The notes below the pieces were generated by a model. It worked only from the letters and a program-made list of their open reading frames with translations, made no database searches and was not told the origin of the DNA. A DNA stretch of 64,000 nt from Tubulanus polymorphus (taxonomy: Eukaryota; Animalia; Nemertea). The stretch covers positions 13,813,807 to 13,877,806 of the forward strand of contig NC_134031.1 of NCBI RefSeq assembly GCF_964204645.1, written 5' to 3'. Of this stretch, positions 58,129 to 64,000 are shown piece after piece (position 1 is the stretch's first letter; each line of letters starts with the position of its first letter). The translations under genes were made by a program, and so were the position numbers.

Positions 58129-59576
58129 GATGTGTTTGGACAAAATGTTGAGGCCACTGTGGGTGGCTGTCCACAGTGTGTAGACAAGAGGCTGTGTGCC
58201 TTGCAGGACTGTGTGTCCTTGCCTTTATGTGCGGGCTAGATGGCTGTGTGCCCCGGAGTCCACTGTATGTGGACGGAGACTGTGCGCCTTTGCAGGACTG
58301 TTTCCTGTTGCCTACTGCGTGCGGGCTGGAGGCTCATGGACCGGACTAGGAGGGCTGTGTGCCGCGGAGTCCGCAGTGTGTGAGAAAATAAATGGAAGAA
58401 TCGTTTTGTTTGAAATGAAGAGTGATAATGAATAAATGAATTTTGGGGCAGAGAAAACTCGATAGGTCAGGGTTGTTGGTTCGCCATATTCAAAGTGTAT
58501 TTCGATATACTACGTTAGTCCCACTATTGCGAGATTTATCGGTCAAGGAGTTCGTCTATTATTTCGGTTTTCTAATCGGTTTCGGCGATTTTATTTAGCG
58601 CATTTTCCTTGGCTGTGTAGAGTTAATAGTCGAGCTCAACGCATGATACTCCGTTCGTGTGGGACGCGGGACATTAAATCCCTTACATTTGCAGTTTTAT
58701 GCGAGCCTTTTGACTACTCCGATTTTAGTATTTTCTTTTGTTCTTGTTTGGCTGGTTATCCTTGAATAAGCCGATTTGCAAAGGATTTAAGCGCCTGAAA
58801 CCTATTGTTTACGCTGGTAATAAAGTTAGATTGTCTAGAGTTTCAATTTGTTGTTTCATGCGTCCTGTGTTTTCAATTCTATAGCCGCGGGCCTCGTACT
58901 TCGTAGTGTCCGTTGTCGGCTTCGGTCATGGTTTACTCTACTCCTTTTAGATGGTACGATCTCAGTTCGATGTGGATTCTATTATTCTTTCTTTGAGCGA
59001 TATCCTGTCCGAGGAGTGTCCGAGGGCTTATAGATATGTGTCTAAATATTGCTTCTTTGGGCTTGCTTTTTAGATTTAATCAACTCCCCTTTTTGGTTTG
59101 GGTTTTGGATTGTTATTATATATATTTGGGCGACACCGGTTCCCATGTTTCTGCAGTGTCTCCACTACACGGACTGAGAATATTTACGGCGTTCCCCAGT
59201 TAGGACGACAAATGGATGCTCCGACTTAGATATTCTCGGAGCCAGCCCGTTTTCGCGTCGTAACTTATGTGGAAGTTATGGCTGACAGTAGTGATGTACA
59301 CTATGAAGAAAATCAGTGTCCTGTTGACCGAAATGCTGATTCGGATCAAAACGGAGAAACTGCATCGGTTGCAGGTAACAAACGACTCTATTTTAATTAT
59401 CCCTTTAACCGAATGGGAAAAAATTCATGACGTTTTTTCTTTCCGCTTTTTTTTTACATCGAGCTCCACATTCAATTCAAATCAATCGAAAAATATTTAT
59501 TGACTGCTTTGATTTGAGCTTACATCCGTCTTCTAACGCAACTGATACCTGTCACGTTTATGTGACCGACTTTTTC

Positions 59577-60455
59577 AGGTAAAAGTGCAGATCTGCACCT
59601 CTCGTGACTGACGCAATCTGCTGAATGACAAGATCCAGGCACAGGCACTTGAATATGGGCTTTGACCTTTTTGTTGGTGCGGTAAAATAAAAATGATAAA
59701 ATTTACCGTAATCTACGATAAAACACAACCGGGGTTGCCATCTTAATCATCCATGATGTAACTGTTTTACCCATGATCCAATGCGCACCCCTCGTTTAAC
59801 TATACTATACAGAAAGGCAGTAAACGCTCCTATCTCCGTATTAATGCTTAAATCTACCCGCAATTATCGGGACAGATGACGTCACAGCAATCCCGAAGAG
59901 GCATCGCGAATTTTCAAAAATCAATCTTGTTGCCAGTTAAAATCTTTAACGGAGCTAAAACAGTGTCAATATTTCCAAAAAATCATCTACAATTGAAATT
60001 ATAGGCGCTCCTTATATTTCAGAATTAAAATTGACACCTTGGGACGTACTTCGGCAATTCTCGGCAGTGTTCGGCTGTCCCGATAATTGCGGGTAGATTT
60101 AAGCATTACAGAGAAAGGAGCGTTTCCAGCCTTTCTGTAGGCCTATAGTATAGTTAAACGACGCGCGCGCGTTGCATCATGGGTAAATTCATTAGAAAAC
60201 ATGGCGGATTATCAAAGTCAGGAATAACATATCGCTGGTGAATTATTAAATATTTATCCATTATCAAAGCCCATATTCAAGTGCCTGTAATCCAGGCTAA
60301 AATCTTTCTACTCTCTCTAGTGAAGATATCTTAAAATTAGCCAATGGTAATGTACTGAATTGCTGTCTGATGACATTTTGAATCTGAAACAATGATATTT
60401 AATGTAATTGATTGAATCGTTTACGCGGAGAGGTGCGGATCTGCACTTTTACCCT
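59577..60455. mobile_element. Nested MITEs / foldback elements
   Basis: Outer inverted pair GGTAAAAGTGCAGATCTGCACCTCTC / GAGAGGTGCGGATCTGCACTTTTACC; inner pair ACAGGCACTTGAATATGGGCTTTGA / TCAAAGCCCATATTCAAGTGCCTGT (59641-60288) with further internal inverted blocks. Confidence 0.7.
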
Positions 60456-62684
60456 CTACTAGATAGTCTAGTACCTAGCTGTCGTTCTACAAACAACGTC
60501 TAGGGCCAAAGTGCTCATATAAGGTTAATTTTCGTCCCTCATTTTGAGGCACAAGGCTTTGAGCGTCTATTGCACCCCATAAAACACCATCAACTTACCT
60601 CAAACTTGTAGAGGGTCCTTCCAACTACATAAAATCAACAACGCGAGATCTTGATGAACACTTACAGTCAACTTTATTTAACGATTCTACCAGACGTTCT
60701 CATATAGCGCGAGCGCCATTTACAACACAAAACTCACTGATTATGAAAATGGTTTTTAGTATATAACCGAAAATTTAGGTTCTTAATAGATTTTGATAGT
60801 TTCGATATTTTAAAACTTTTTCGATCTCGTGATTGCAGGATTTATATTTTTCTCGTCTCTTGCGATTCATTGTGTATTTACCGCGTTGACATTAGCCTAA
60901 GATTGGATACAGCGGTGTGTTTCAGACAGTTCGATTATTTATTCTGTCAATTAGAGTTTTTCATCCTCAAAATGGCCTGAACTTTGCTTTTCAAATGGCC
61001 TGAAATGAAGCCTGGCCTGGAGGCTATGAACCCTGTATTGGTTCTGTAACGTTTAACGCACTCTAGCATTTTGCCTAGTTTGAATGTAAATGTACCCATT
61101 ATAATAGTTGAAACAACTCATTCATAAAAGGCACTAACGTGATATCTAAAATGTATATCTATGTAATTATATGAATGGTGAGTTCTTGTTTTCTGGACGA
61201 TCACTGGAGTTATACTGATGAATCCTCTTCTCTTGCGAATTTCTCCTCTCCTTTTACGAATGAATCCTCTCCTCTTTTACGGATAACAAAGAGTCTATGT
61301 ATCTCAACTCCGGGAATAAAAATCTGTATTGTACACAATTGGGTAAAGTAAATGCTTTAGTCAATAAAGGTGATGTTACAAGAGACCTTCTGCATCCACA
61401 TAACTATGGTGAGTATCTTTAAGATGGGGTAGTTTTACCTCCACAGGAAAAAGATAGTGCTCAATATTTCGAAGACTGAAGTGGCTTTAAAGAAATGCGA
61501 AAATCCCCGACTACACTCAGGTGTGCAGCTCCCGGAACTCTCACAGCTTGAGTTGAGAAAAGTTACCACACACAGCATCACCCCTAGGGTTTTTGGCCAT
61601 TCAACCCGAACATGATACGCGGTAACCGGCGCGCACCTACTCCAGACCCTGAAATCGCCCTATCTCATTCTATAAGAGACTCGGGCCTCAACACTCATCC
61701 GTCCTGCTGGCGTGACAGCACGTCCATTGCCACAGGATACAAAGCCGATGAATGCTGCATCGTAGATCGAAGGGCCTCGGGGCCTTATTCGATGATCCTC
61801 TACTGCTGAGTCTGCAGCACGCCTGCTCAATCACAATCCAGGGGTACTCGCACATACAAATAGCCACAAACAACCATAATCGACCTAAATGGCAACATGT
61901 TTAAAGGATAATGAATCGATATACACTTTATTTTCATTAGAAATACACTGTACGTAATAAGAGGGTAATCAATTTTAACTGTTCTCTGACGTATTCTTCC
62001 ACTACCGGTGGCTAAGCTCTATCTTCGTTGACACTAAACTGTGAGGCTCAAATCAGCTCAACGGGGGCGTATCAGTGAGAAAGAAGGGAACAACTTATGA
62101 CTTTATATACACAGACTTAATTATCATACACCAAAACTTTTGCGACGCATGCGACTCAAGGTTCTACATACAAAACGTAACGGGAACATATATTTAATCC
62201 ACACTGTTTAACGAGGTCATTTCCTTCCACAAAAACGCTACTTATGTACGACGTGTGCATGGCAACAACCTGGACTATACAATCATCAACTTCGGTCGAC
62301 CCGCTACCCTGAACAAACTACGCGACCAGACACATACTGGTAGGCCTACTACTATATGCAGCCGGGTATACGCACTACCGTCCGAGCGATACGTCTTACC
62401 CTCCTCGTGTCTTGCCACATTAATATCATAGGACGTTGAACATTAAAACAAACGACTTAGAGACACCTATCTCCCTCAGAAACGTATAGGGGACTTGTTT
62501 CACTATAGGCACAAAGGAAAGGCCGACTCAACTTACGACGCGTACATATAACATAAACAGGCCCTAACTAATAACGCGCCTATGCGGCGCCACAGCCCGC
62601 AGGGCGAACACACGACGATCGAGAGATGACTGTCTGAGCTGGCGAATCGCGCGCCTTTTAATGTGAGATTGCCGAAGTGTCGCG

Positions 62685-63690
62685 TTTTAGCTAACTTGGT
62701 ACTTTAGTCCCAGCGGGCTATTGCGTTCACTTTTCGTCCATCCGAATCCAGTTATTTTGGGAAGTTTTGAAGATGCTTCAAGGTAATGTCTTGATATTTG
62801 GTTTATACATGTATCTACCCTAGACACATCTTCAGCCCAAAAACTGGCCCTATCAGAATCAAGATGGGTGACCGGCAGCCATTGTTGTTCGCCGAAATCA
62901 GCACTTTTTACACATTTTTGAACTTTTTGAGGGAAATTTTGAAGACGCCTTGATCAATTACCTTGATCTATTTGGTCGTCCTAGGACCTCATAAGTGCCC
63001 AAAAATGTTAATTTTGGCCCGAATATTGAGTCCTGTAGCTTCCTACTGGTTTGCCATTTCTCATTGCAATTGCTAATGGGTATTCTTTTGAAAAGGATGT
63101 TTTATACCTGAGACAGGTATTGTTGATCAGCCAATTATGACGCAATTGGCGGCCATCTTGGTGTCATTAGTACTCATTCGTAGGTGGGAAAAAGTTTTTC
63201 CACATTATATTGATACCTAATCATATTTTGTTACAACAATGAATTGGAAAGTTGTAGCTTATAACTAACGTGTTCTATGATTGTGGTGAGTTTCAAGTTC
63301 ATTTGGGTTTTTGTATATGGCCACCAGGGGGCGTTGAATAATACAATATCTTCAATTGCAAAGTTGTAGCTCATGACATCATCTATGATTGTGGTTAGTT
63401 ATTCTATATGGTCACCAGGGGGCGTTGAATAGTTGAATAACTTAGTATTTCCTTATTATATTGGTACCTAGGCATATTTTGTTACCATGATCAATTGCAA
63501 AGTTGTAGTTCATGATATGTTCTATGATTATGGTGACTTACAAGGTTATTGGGTTTTGAATATGGTCACCAGGGGGCATATTTTGTGATCACAATCAATT
63601 ACAAAATCGTAGCTGCTGACATGTTTTATTATTGTGGTGAGTTTCAAGGTCATTGGTTTTTGTATATGGTCACCAGGGGGTGTTGAATAT
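62685..63690 (+). mobile_element. HINE copy 4 (3'-truncated)
   Basis: Same body and tandem repeats; lacks the CCCCTAGTT end. Confidence 0.8.
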
Positions 63691-64000
63691 AGCAAACTAT
63701 AACTTCAGATTTCTTCACCAATGTTCCAGTGTACCTCAAAACTATTTAATATTCACAACTATCCATTCGGAAAATATCAGATTCCAATTTGATTACAAAA
63801 GGAAAACAGTGCTTATCTGAAACGTGACAAAGGAGGACACGGGAATGATTGACAGGGTGACGTCACATTCATAAACAACTCGCACGTGGCATGCGGTCCA
63901 GCGCAACTTGATACTAGATGATACTAAACTCCACAAATCAACACCCCCAAATCCGACCTGAAACACCAGGGGAATGGTCAAGAATGCCACAATTCGCATG

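Noticed and set aside
61890-62120. LTR end with primer-binding site on the minus strand
   Set aside because: AATAAA...CA end is suggestive but there is no second LTR, no convincing TGG PBS and no gag/pol peptide.

Overview
Animal (most likely invertebrate) nuclear DNA. Left third: a complete six-exon triosephosphate isomerase gene on the minus strand (CDS 20770 to 3175, 250 aa) whose introns are filled with MITEs and a Helentron-type (HINE/DINE-1-like) repeat. From 1.1 kb upstream of the TPI start lie two independently integrated, very AT-rich Polinton/Maverick-type endogenous viruses in opposite orientation: A = 21898-39352 (TSD TATAAT) and B = 41209-57615 (TSD TATATG). Each has 90-bp TIRs and 15 genes, including protein-primed PolB, a VLTF3-like factor, penton, major capsid protein, chromodomain integrase, packaging ATPase and a block of membrane proteins; no adenain protease is visible. 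Main surprises: (1) both polymerases carry a 355-aa LAGLIDADG homing intein at the catalytic YxD/TD site, and both the endonuclease DNA-contact segments and the homing site (synonymous recoding) differ between copies; (2) element A alone carries a direct-repeat-bounded cassette holding a ~280-nt highly structured RNA (many G-U-compensated helices, two long hairpins both capped with palindromic GGCGCC loops, upstream TATA, terminal TTTT); (3) 14 of 15 genes start in ATAAATG, which contains the poxvirus late-promoter motif TAAATG, suggesting dependence on or ancestry with large cytoplasmic DNA virus transcription; (4) B is nested in a HINE that is itself nested in the decayed end of a third, older related element. 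All calls come from reading the sequence by eye; no database searches or folding programs were run.
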